Assembly: GCA_033442325.1 (NCBI GenBank)
Contig: JAWQFM010000003.1
Location: 932,109 to 996,108, forward strand
DNA length: 64,000 bases
Direction: 5' to 3'
Source of the DNA: Salpingoeca rosetta
Taxonomy: Eukaryota > Protista > Choanoflagellata
Shown in pieces: positions 27,159 through 39,923 of this stretch. The position numbers were made by a program, and so were the translations under genes. The notes under the pieces are model-generated. The model saw only the letters and a program-made list of their open reading frames with translations. It was not told where the DNA came from and ran no database searches. Every line of letters begins with the position of its first letter. The first letter of the stretch is position 1.

Positions 27159-27645
27159 TCACAGCCAAGGCTTCAGCACAACACACCTGCTCCTTTGCCG
27201 TCTCCGCGTCGCCGGCAGGGCGTGACAATTCCAAGAGATCATCCAGCCTTGCATGTCTGCCAACACATCCATGTGAACAACATAGTCCGCAAGCCAGTAC
27301 TGGTCAGACATGTGTCTTCCGCTCTTTGTTCCCTGCCCACTGCTCGCACTTTGGCACACACACACACACACACACATGCAAGCACACACACACACACGCA
27401 CACACACACGCACACACACAAGCACGCACACGCACGCACACACGCACACCCTGCACTCACATGTGCACGCATTCATTGAAACAGACTGTCCCCTTCTTCT
27501 CTTACACACTTGCACACACACACACACACACAACCTGCACTCACATGTCTTTTGTTGTGGCTGCGAGCTGATGCAGCTCTGCCAGCAGCGGCACCAGTGG
27601 CTGCGTCGCTGTGTCTTCCGTCTCTTCCTTCTTCACGTCCGCCAT
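26804..27645 (-). CDS. Small (~85 aa) 3-exon helical protein, unknown; weak resemblance to DASH Dad2
   Basis: [34 protein letters not shown]|[23 protein letters not shown]|[28 protein letters not shown], joined by in-frame GT-AG introns. Confidence 0.6.
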
Positions 27646-27943
27646 GGCCGTTGAACGTCTACTACTTTTTTACCTGTCGTGTCGTTAATGAACGTTCCAA
27701 AACATTCGCTGCCTCGGAGGAGTGGCGTTGTTAACAATACGTGTAAAATATTGATTAAATTTCCGACGATCAATCGTCACTGATTGGTAAGAATGAGCCC
27801 CGCCCCCTTGTTGCTTCTGCCACATACACACGCAAGCACACGCAAGCACATCAAATCACGCACAAGAAGAAGCTCACAGCTTTTTCCCTCCCTCATTTGC
27901 ATCCCGCGAACCCCCACCAAGCACACCTCCCCCAACTTTAAAG

Positions 27944-29910
27944 ATGAAGCTGACCTTTGCCCTTGTGGCTGCCGCAGCCATCCTGGCTTGTGCCACCGCC
28001 CAAGACATCTTTGTGAGTGCTGCTGGCTGTGTTGTAAATGTATCGTGCACGAACGTGTGCTCGTTGTTGTGCTTTTGTGAGGATGACGGGCAGGACAAGG
28101 AACCTGAAGACCTGAGTCGCCCCCTTTCTTCAATTCCACGCTCTCCCACCCTCACACAACACCACCTCCCCCCCCCCCACACACACACTGCCCCATTCAT
28201 ATGCTTCCACAGGGCGTGTGGACTGGCCCCGTGTCCCCTGGATCAGACTGCTCCATTCTCGGAGAGTTCCGTGAGACGTCCTTCTTCACCATCATTTCTG
28301 GCGAAGAATCGGTGCGGTGTCGTGATGTTGTTTGCACAAAGCACTTGTCGTTGACTTGGGGGGGGTTTGCCTGCCACGCCTTGTTTCTGAGTGCGGTGGC
28401 CTTCAAGTGTTTGTTTTGTCCTTTTCCAGTGGGTGCTCACGCTTCTTGCTGAAGAGCTCATCGGAGACACTCAGTGACCATGTGCTTGAATGAACGACCA
28501 TGAATCAGACCTGCAAACACACTGTCCTCCTCGCATCCCGGGCGCACTGTTTCCTGTGTTTCTCGTCTCATGTCGTTACCATTGCCTGCTGCATTTCATG
28601 TCGATGGTGCATGCAGAGTGGCTGTGCCAGCGGCATCTTCATTGGTTCCCTGACCGTGACCAGCCCCGCCTCTGGCTCCTCTGCCGATACGTCCATCATC
28701 ATCACCTATGTCGAGGTGCCCGACTTTGCCACGGACCAAATCTCTCCTGGCGACACTTTTGTCTTTGACATCTACCTCAGTGGCGACACCATGACCCTGC
28801 GCAACGACTACTTTGAGACCCAGGGGCTCTGGCCAACAGGCGGCCTCGTCCTCACCACATACCCCGGTAGATTGTTGCGTGCATGCATGCGTGCTCCTTC
28901 CTCTGTGTGTGTGTGTGTGTGTGCGTGTGCGTGTGTGTGCGTGTGTGTGTCTGTCTGTCTGTCTGTGAGTGTGTGTGTGCGTGTGCTTTGGTGTGTGTGT
29001 GTGTGTGTCTGTGTGTGTCTGTGTCTGTGTTTGCCCTCCGCCAGTGATTGTTGGGCTGTGCTTCTGCTTGTGTCGGCCTGTGTGTTTGATTCTGGGTGGA
29101 TCTTCACATGCATCTGACCGTTTTTGTGTCCAGGCCACGTTGCTCTGCTGTGTGCGTGCGTTTCCGCCAAAACGCCAACCTCTGTCCAACCTCACTGCCT
29201 GTGTTTGTCCTTGTGCTTCAGCTTGGCCCATCAACGGCTACTGGGATGGAAACGACACCAGCCTCCTCTACGTGAGCTCTGGCTGCTTGTGGTTCTTGTG
29301 TGCTGCTCGATTGACCGACAATTGCTCTTACCTGTCTTCCCTTCCTGTGTTTGCGTCAATGTCTTCCTTCGCCCTGTGCCTTTGTGTCCCTGACGTCTTG
29401 AACCCTTCCCATGTGTCTGAACTCTACCCCTCGTGTGCAGATCAACAACGGCCTCTACCTTCGTGCCTCGGCTTTCGGCGAGGGCGGAGAAGGTGAGCAT
29501 TCCACTGTGTATTATGTCCTTCGGCTCAGCACTCGAGTGCTGAGCACTCGTGCATGCCAAGACTCCCATGTGCCCTTCATCTTCTCTCGCATGTAATCCC
29601 CCACACCACCCACGACATGCTCGCGTGATCGAATGAATGCGTACACGTGCTCACTGCCACCTACCTTACCCCGCGCTGCCAGGCTCGAGTGCGGGCGTTG
29701 TTGAGATGACGGGCAATACCGACGAGTACATGAGCCGCATCGTCGGCTCCGTCAGCGACATTGAGGGTGACACCTACACCTTCACCATGCCATCGGTGCG
29801 TGAGGGCGCGCATGTCAATGTACATATATGCTCAAGCGTGCGTCTGTCAATCTGCGTGCCTTGCCTTGCCTTGCCTGTGTATGTGTGTGTGTGTGTTTGT
29901 GTGTTGTGTG

Positions 29911-29979
<69 letters not shown>

Positions 29980-30522
29980 CTGCCGTGCCTCAACCTTGCA
30001 TGTTACCTTTTTCTTTCGCAATCAATGCCCGACAGAGCGGCGACACGCGTCTTCTTGACTTCTCGGACCCAGCTGACATGAATGGCTTCCTGCTCACCAA
30101 GAACGAGGGTCTGCGTTGATGTCTTTTGCATTCCTGCGTGTCCATGAACCCACCTGTGCTTGAGTATATGTGTTTTGACTGCTCGTTTGCGCGCGTGCAT
30201 GCAGTGCTTGCCTTCTTCATGCCCATCACGCGCACACACATACCACATGCGCGTGTGCCCTGACTCACCCTCGCCTCCCCGTCAATGCGTGCAGATGACG
30301 AGTTCAACGGCATCTACTATGGCGTGAGCCCTGCCCAGGGCGAGGACTGCATGCAATCCACCGACTTCAACAACGGCATTTTCCGCGCCTTCCGCTTCCA
30401 GTGCGACGACAGCATCTCCGACGATGGCCTTCGCGTCTCTGCCTACATTGGCCGCTACACGTGCGTTCTTGTGTGTGCGTGTGTGCGTGTGTGCGTGTGT
30501 GCGTGCGTGTGTGTGTGTGTGC

Positions 30523-30593
<71 letters not shown>

Positions 30594-30781
30594 GTGTTGG
30601 CAGAAGGGCGTGTGATTGTTCGCCGCATTGCCTTGGCTCTTTCCCATTCCACCACACTCACTCATGNNNNNNNNNNNNNNNNNNNNNNNNNNNNNNNNNN
30701 NNNNNNNNNNNNNNNNNNNNNNNNNNNNNNNNNNNNNNNNNNNNNNNNNNNNNNNNNNNNNNNNNNTCGTGTGTGTCTGTG

Positions 30782-30835
<54 letters not shown>

Positions 30836-32476
30836 TGTGGGTGTGTTTGACGTCAATTGAGTCTGTGGAGACGTTGTGTTTACTTCGTGCATACACTTCC
30901 TCTCCTCTTCAACTCGCCACATCAGCACAATCTTTGCTCACATGACTCGTGCACTTGGACACATGTCATAGTGTGTCTGGCAATCAGATGCGTCTCCTCT
31001 ACACGTACGCCGCCCCCGATGACGATCTGGCCGGTACAGTCTCGTGCTTCCCTCTGTCCCTGGTCGTGTGTGTGTGCGTGTGCGCGTGTGTGTCTGTGTG
31101 TGCACGTTCACCTGTTCACGTTCACGTTTTGTGGCTGTGGTGGCTTGTGCGCAGCTGGTGAGCGCCTTGCGTGTTCATGCCTCGAGGTATTGACCCTTCT
31201 TGCAAACAAACATGCACACGCACACGCACATCGTGCTCAGGTGCCGAGGTTGTGTTTACGTACACCAGGTCCGGTCGCCAGCTCACGCTCACTGGCTCCG
31301 TTGGTGGCTCTGACGAGTTCACCATCACCATGAACCGTGCCGATCGTACGTTGCCCGTGCATGCTGTTTGCTTCTATGCTCTGATGTTGCTGCTTGTGTG
31401 TTTTGTGTGTATGTGTGGTGCGTGTGAGTGATGGAGAGTGGTGGCGCATGGGGACCTTGCTGCCTTGTTGAACCGCGGGCGATACTGATGTTGACAAACG
31501 TGAACATGGTTCTTTCATCGCCTCTTTTCATCAGGCGCCCCAGCTGCCACCGTTGTAAACATCACTGTTTCCGGCGATGTCAACACCTTTGATGCGGACG
31601 CTTTTCTTGCCGGCCTCGCTCAAGTGGTGCGTGGCCGTCTGTGTCTCTCTCTGTGTTTGTATGTTTGTGTGTCTGTGTGTCTGTGTCTGTGTGTCTGTGT
31701 GTCTGTGTGGTGTATGACCTTCCTCACACCCTGCTTGATCGTCATCTGCACTGTACACCGCCCCGTTCTCACATTCATGGACTCACACCACTCCATTCTT
31801 GGATCCTGTGCCCGGGCCAACAGCTCGATATCCCAGTCAACACGATTGAGGTTGTCTCCATCTCCCCCGGCAGCGTCGTCGTCGTGGTTGCGGTTCGTTC
31901 GCCTCACCCCACACTCTGCGTTTATATCAGTCCTCCACCCTGCAGTAGCCCTTTCTCGAGCCCTTCTTCCGCCTCAAACACCTCACCACACCACGCCACT
32001 GTGACAATCCTGCACTCACACGCACACCCACACGCACACGCACACATGCACACACGTCTGCGTGGCACTCCACCGCTTGTTCAGATCCGGGAGGATGCCT
32101 CCGACTCCTCGGCCCCGAGCCTCAGCACCATCATCAAGCGCATCGAGGCTGTTCCGGCCGGCACCAGCATCGGCGGCTACGGCCTCGAGTCTGCCCAAGC
32201 CAGTATGTCATACATACGTGTGTGTGTGTGTGTGTGTGCGTGCGTGCGTGTGCGTGTGTGTGTGTGTGTGTCAAAGTGTGTCAAAGTGTGTCAGAGTGTG
32301 TCGAAGTGTGTGCTCGTTTGGTTTGCTTCGTCTGCGCGTTGCTAATCCACCCCGCCCCCTCCCGCCAAACTGCAGGCCGCGACCCAGGTTCCACCTCGGC
32401 TGCGTCCGTCGCCACCACCTCGTGGTTCGCCGCTGCCATCCTCTTCATGGCCGTGGTTTCCCAGCTGCTGGCCTAA
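27944..32476 (+). CDS. Secreted, probably GPI-anchored cell-surface glycoprotein with membrane-proximal SEA-like domain, ~14 short exons
   Basis: Signal peptide [19 protein letters not shown]; beta-rich acidic exons; [16 protein letters not shown]; C-terminus [29 protein letters not shown]; strong C-ending codon bias. Confidence 0.8.
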
Positions 32477-33198
32477 GGGCTGGGATGTGAAGCTTCGCAA
32501 CGCGCAGAGCTGTTGGCCTCGAAGGAGGGATACCACCTTTGCCTCTCTCTGCCGTTTGCGCCCTGCTGTCCTTGCGCGCCGTGCTTTGCGAACCCCTGTG
32601 TTCAGCGTTACACTGCCTGCTTGCTTGTTCGCTGTGGCATGCGTGCGTGTGGCATGTCTGTGTTTGTGTGTTTGTGTGTTTGTGTGTGTGTGTGTGCGTG
32701 TGTGTACTTGTCTCTGTGCGTGTCTCCCGATGATGTCGTGTCATCTCTACCGCGTACGACCAGTCATCATACACCCCTCAAAGCGATTCGCCACTACCAA
32801 AATTGCGCCAAAATCCGCCAAAATGTGACTAATTGTGAACAGTCGTGTCATAAGCGGGAGATTGGTTCCGATCCTCTTCTTGAGCTGCACAGTAACGGCA
32901 GCAGCCACCATGGCATCACGGACAGAACAAGCTTGCATTGTTGTGGGCACGGGATGCGACTGCGCCGAGCACCTGTCCGAGGGACACAGCATATGAAAGC
33001 TTGAAGATGGGGTCATTGTTCCTGTCCCGCTTCAATACACACAACGCACGCACACGCACACACACACACACACACAACACATACATACACGCACGCACAA
33101 CACACATACATACACGCACGCACATGCACTCACGCAGGTTGTGACTGCCCAGCAACTGAACTCCTGTAACCCTTAACACCGACACTCTGCTTCATCAG

Positions 33199-33492
33199 GC
33201 AAGGATGATGTCGTGCCTTACAGCGGTCGCTCAAGCAAGTCAGTGAGCAAGCATGGTGCACCCGTGTTGCCATCGTGTACATGCATTCGAACCCGCACGC
33301 CCAACAGCACTGCATCCCGCTGATATCTTTATGTGCTCTGTTTGCTTGCTTCAAACTCACGCCTTTCCCTGGCCAATATCCTCCTCAGAGGACTGGTCCC
33401 AACTCGAAGATGTGCTTCGGAAGGACAGCGCAAACCTGGATGTGAACGTCAGAGACAAAGTGGGTCACCCATGAGGGTGCAGTGCGGAGAGT

Positions 33493-33563
<71 letters not shown>

Positions 33564-33860
33564 GCTTGCTTCAGTTTGCGCTTCAATGCAACCTGCCAGG
33601 CTGACTGGGTCTTGGCTGTGTCTTACTCTTTTACTCCTGCCCATGGCTGTAACTTTGTTAAACTGCTAGGACGGCATGACGGCGTTGATGTACGCTAGCT
33701 TCTATGGGAATGAGGGCTCGGTTCGGTTGCTTCTTGCACATGGGGCTGACCCTAATCTCACCCTACCAACCAGCGAGGTGCGTGTGCGTGTATGATTGAG
33801 TGTGCACGCACCTGTGTGTTTGCACGTGTGTGTATACGCGTCTACGTTCATGTTCTTGTG

Positions 33861-33927
<67 letters not shown>

Positions 33928-34576
33928 ATCCATGTGCCTGTGATCCCGAGGTAGAAGCTTGTGTGTAAAGAGCTCGTGTGTAAAGAGCTCGTGCGCAAAG
34001 AGCTTGTGCTCTTGCCAGCCTCATTCCCCATCCGGCCCCAAGCACAGCATGTAAAGCACGCTGGGTGCTCTGCCCTGCCATCTCCGCCAGACGTTCAATA
34101 CCTGACCCGCACACACCTCATGTTCACAAATGCTTTGACAGACGACGCCCTTGATGTTTGCCATGATGTCGGGAAACGCGCAAGTCGTGAGTGCACTGTT
34201 GCAATGCGGCGCGGACCCACACACGGTCAACAGCAAGAGACGGACAGCACTGGACATCGGCGCTTTCACAGGTTCGCTCACTTAACACCCCTCCGTGCTG
34301 CTCACTGCGCCCTTGTGTATGCTTGCCGTCAGATCACGATCAAGTGTACCGTCGAGCCAAGTCGCAACTCTGAGTGGGGCGCGAGCACGCTCAAGTCCTC
34401 AAGTCTGACACGACTGTGTCACAGTGCATCACACACACACACACACTCATGTTTGCATCCAATCCCCCCGTGTCGTGCCTTGACGCATACCTAACACGAC
34501 ACACGCACGTACTCGGATGACAGGAAACCGCAGCTGCTGCGAGGCGCTGCGAAAATACCTTGGGGTGGACGCATGA
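33199..34576 (+). CDS. Short ankyrin-repeat protein resembling the ANKMY2 ankyrin region (start codon uncertain, may lie further upstream)
   Basis: LDVNVRDK|DGMTALMYASFYGNEGSVRLLLAHGADPN|TTPLMFAMMSGNAQVVSALLQCGADPHTVNSKRRTALDIGAFTG|NRSCCEALRKYLGVDA*. Confidence 0.75.
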
Positions 34577-35065
34577 AGTCTGGAACAGACAAATGGGACA
34601 CACTCAATGCGCATCACGGGCTACAACGGTCATGCAGCCGGTTGAGACCGAGGACGATAGGGGGTTGAAAGAACTGGTGCACGTTACACCATCAGTTGAA
34701 GAAAGGGATACGTGGCATACGAGGCGAGGAGGAGGAGGAGGAGGAGGAGGAGGAGGAGGAGGAGGAGGAGGAGGAGGAGGAAGGTGACAAGTTTTGATGG
34801 CCACAAGTGTCTGGAGTATGTATGAGGGTTTCGTTTACTGCGCATAAACACGGTGACAAATGTGCTGGGGGGAGCAGCGAGACGTCTTAACAACAAGAAG
34901 GGCGGGCGGGCATACTTGGACGCAGTAAGCACAGCAAGGGACAGCGAGCAACATACAAGCCTGCACCAAGACAACAGTCTGAGGTATTCGAGGTCAACAA
35001 CCACACATAGATAAACAGGAGAGGCAGTTACCGACGCAGAGAAGGTGGAACGCACACACATATAT

Positions 35066-35103
<38 letters not shown>

Positions 35104-35215
35104 AGCACACAAACAGACACACACACAGACACACACACACAAACAGACACACACACACAGACACACGCACGCAAATAACCCCCCCAAACACACACATGCA
35201 TACACATACGTACAG

Positions 35216-36274
<1,059 letters not shown>

Positions 36275-36350
36275 CACGTTCCGTCCGAGTGCCGATAATC
36301 AGCTGAAAATGTACACAAATCTTCCGTAACCGCGACGCGATCTGCTGACG

Positions 36351-36926
36351 ATGATGACGAGGAAGGCCGATGCAGCAACAAGCAGCAAAGAGTGCTTGTT
36401 GTGCGGCGGAGGTGGCGGTGGAAACCATGGGCGCATGGACACGGGTGCTGGCTGGGTAGCAGCGTTCTCAGCTTCAGCCCTTGGTGCAGCCATTCGCTAC
36501 TTCATTGCAGTGCTTTCAGGTACACACATGCAGCGACGTTTGGTGGGGAGGGGATGCTTGTTCAGGCCTTTCAGGCGGTGTGCTGCGATGAGGTGTGTTG
36601 CTTACTTGACACGTGGCACAACGGACCCAAATGTGCCCTCACAAACGTGAGGGTGGATGCATTGCACCCCCTTCTTGCCAACATTATACCCAGGGTACAC
36701 GCAGAACGACGCCTTCCCCTCCGAGCATGCATTAATCCTGGGGTGCGCCGTTATGGGCGCCGTCTCCGTCGTGCAACGCAGAATGTACGTTCAGCGTGAA
36801 CAAATTCGCGTTCGTGCACTTATGATGAGAGGGCTTGATGCCTGTTCACAGAGAGAGGGAGAGAATGTGTGTATGAGAGAGAGAGAGTGTGTGTTTGTGT
36901 GTGAGAGCGTGTGTGTGAGAGAGAGT

Positions 36927-36968
<42 letters not shown>

Positions 36969-38343
36969 GGGCGCATGTGTGTGATACAGTCCACACACAC
37001 ACTCTCACACAATGCACCCACGCTGTACACGCTTTACCCTCGTCCTCTCACCCTCAAACACCGACACTACACGTTGGGTGTCTGCTTTCCACGTCGTCGC
37101 TGAGCAGAAGCAAGTGGCTCGCATTCATTGTAGCCACAGGGTTTGCTGGCTGTTGCACGACCTTTTCATCCTGGCAGGTCTGTTCGATCTTCCGTGTGCA
37201 CTTGCCCTAGCAATACCCTTTTTATGGTGCAAGCCCTTGTTCATCACCGCTACGACACGCCTCACTCCGAACCTACACTTCACAACGCGCGCGTGTATAC
37301 CACAGCTGGAGGCAGGAGCACTCTTGTTTGGGCAGCCGGTCGAGGTGTTGGTGATTGAACCCGACTCGCCAACAGAGCAGGCGCTGAGCTGGCTGTCGCT
37401 GCTGGTGTCCGGCGTCTTCGTGTCGCTGGGAGCGTTTGGCGCAGGCCGCGTACTTGCTCTCGCGTGCATCACTGCACACGGCGACGTCGCACCGCTGCCA
37501 ACAACGCTCTCTGCGTCGGCGGCCCCAAAGACAGACGCGCAGCTGGAGACCATCCTGCAGCACATGCTGTCGGACAACGCCGGCAGCAACGGCAGCACGG
37601 CAGCAGCAGATGCAGACGGCGAGACAGCAGCGGCAAGTACAGCCCAGCAAGAGCAAGTGGAAGACCTCGATCCAAGTCTGAGCGACGACGACGATGAGGA
37701 CGGTGATGCTGGTGACCGTGCACCATCGCCTCTCTCTGGCACAGCCACAATGGCTGCGACAACGGCAACGCCGGCAACAGCAGTCACAGCACCACAGCAG
37801 CCCACATATGTGGTGGACAGCCCGCCACCAGCTGTCGCTGGTGCAGATGTGTCGCCAACACCAGAGAGGCTTCCCCTCGTTGCTCTCGCTTTTGTGGTGC
37901 CCGTGGTTGCCATCACCATCGCTTGCCTGTCTGTAGACAACACACAGCACGTGGGTGTGGTGTGGATCATGATCTTCGCTCTCCCAGGTGCGTGTCTGTG
38001 GCAGGTGGAATGCATGCAACGTGTCTGCACATGGCGTGTGCACTCGTCATCATCACTTGGTTGCTTTGCTGCGAGCAGTTGATGGCAAGTGGTTTGAATT
38101 CCACCGGACCTCACACTGAAGTATCGATTGTCGCGCGCACGCGTGCGTGTATGTATGTGTGTGTGTGTGTGTGGATGCATGTGTTTCCAGGCATGATGAT
38201 ACGGCACTGGTTGTGTACTCGCATTCGTCCGCGCCGGTACAAGGTACCAACTCCTTTGCACGCACCAGCACTCCCCTGTCAACCACACCACCTTCACCTC
38301 AGACGTTTTGCTCACAGAGTAGTGTGTGCGTGTGTGCGTGTGT

Positions 38344-38389
<46 letters not shown>

Positions 38390-39131
38390 GTGTATGTGTA
38401 TGTGTGTGTGTGTTGTGGGGGAAAACTGCAGCACGTGTTCTACTTCAACGGTACCTTGATTGCAAACATGCTCGGTACCGTCGCGCTCGCTCTCCTCGGC
38501 ATTCTGCGCGACCAGAAATCTCTCTTTGACACATCCTCCCTCGCAAGGTGTGCATGGAGTGGGTGAGGAGTGAGTGAGTGAGTGTGTCTACTTTGCAGGT
38601 TTGCGTGTGCTCCTGTGTTCCTGCGTTCCGCACGATGGTGGCAGCTTTCCACTACGCGTGCTTACCCATGCCACCCATCGTCAGCCACAGTATGCTCCAG
38701 CTGCTCATCGTGTGTGATCTGGTTTGTTTCGGTGCGCAGTGCTGCGTCGGTGAGCGTTGGGCTGCAGGTTGGTTTCTGCGGATCCCTCACCACCGTGTCG
38801 TCCATGGTCAACGATGCTTACAAACTCATGGACAGCAGGCCCGGTGCGTGTGCCCTGCGAATGCACACGTGTGTGCCACGTGCTCATGTGCTCGCGCATG
38901 TTTGTCCATCTGCGCTTGTGTGCGTGCACGTTGTGCTCTTCCCCATCACAGTTGCGCAGTCTTTGCAAACCACTTGCACACACTCACACCTACGCACACA
39001 CACGCACATACACGCACGCACACCCTCACCCCATGTGTGCAGGCCTGGCCCTGGCGTATTTGGCTTGGTCCGTGGTGCTCGCTCAAGCCCTCCTCATCCT
39101 CGTGTTTGGAACATACGCGTGGACCAGATAG
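36351..39131 (+). CDS. FEX: Fluoride exporter FEX (two fused CrcB/Fluc domains), multi-exon
   Basis: ALGAAIRY; ILGCAVMG; [15 protein letters not shown]; FALPGA; [10 protein letters not shown]; [19 protein letters not shown]. Confidence 0.85.
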
Positions 39132-39201
39132 CACACGTCACACACGCGCGCGCGCACACGCAGACACACACAGACACATAGACACACACACACGCACACA
39201 C

Positions 39202-39285
<84 letters not shown>

Positions 39286-39923
39286 GGAGCAGTGGCGTCC
39301 ATGTTTTCGTTTAATGCAGGCTGCACTGCGTTTAACATGCGTCAGTCAATCATAGGACCTCGAGAGCTAGATGGTGGTAATGGTGGCGGAATGTGCCGGC
39401 AAACAAGGATAGGGCAGGATAAACACACACGAAGGGCGAGATGCAGACAGTGTGAATGTGGACAACAAGGTGATCTGGCAAATGTGACAAGAGAGTAAAA
39501 CGAACGCGGCAAAAGCTAAGCAAACGGCACAGCGTCAAGCGAGAACAGGCGAACGAAGCAACCAAACGCAACCGTGCACAGGTGAATGCAATTGTGGGAT
39601 CGGGTGTGAATGTGAATGCGTGGATGTGAGTGTGTGCGCGTGTGTGCGTTACTGATGGAGAACAACTTCCCACCCCCCTCCCTTTGTCAGTGTGGCCAGC
39701 CACAGTTGAGGGAAAGAAAGCGCATCCAAGCGAGCAACGACAGCCACAGACACATCGAACAAGGACGCACAAGAGAAGCAGCAGCCAGTCACACGCAGTG
39801 TGTACGATGGAAAACATACCCAAACCAAACAACAAGAACGGAGAACGAAGCCACACAGCGTGACTGCTCGCGAGCATTGGCCACCCTACGACATGACAAC
39901 TCTCTGCTCGAGAAGGGACCACA

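Noticed and set aside
32804-32823. TGCGCCAAAA/TCCGCCAAAA E2F-like pair upstream of the ankyrin gene
   Set aside because: The gene start is uncertain and there is no cell-cycle rationale; too weak to call.
33955-34008. 15-bp minisatellite (AAAGAGCTCGTGTGT)x~3.5
   Set aside because: Short intronic tandem repeat with no evidence of function.
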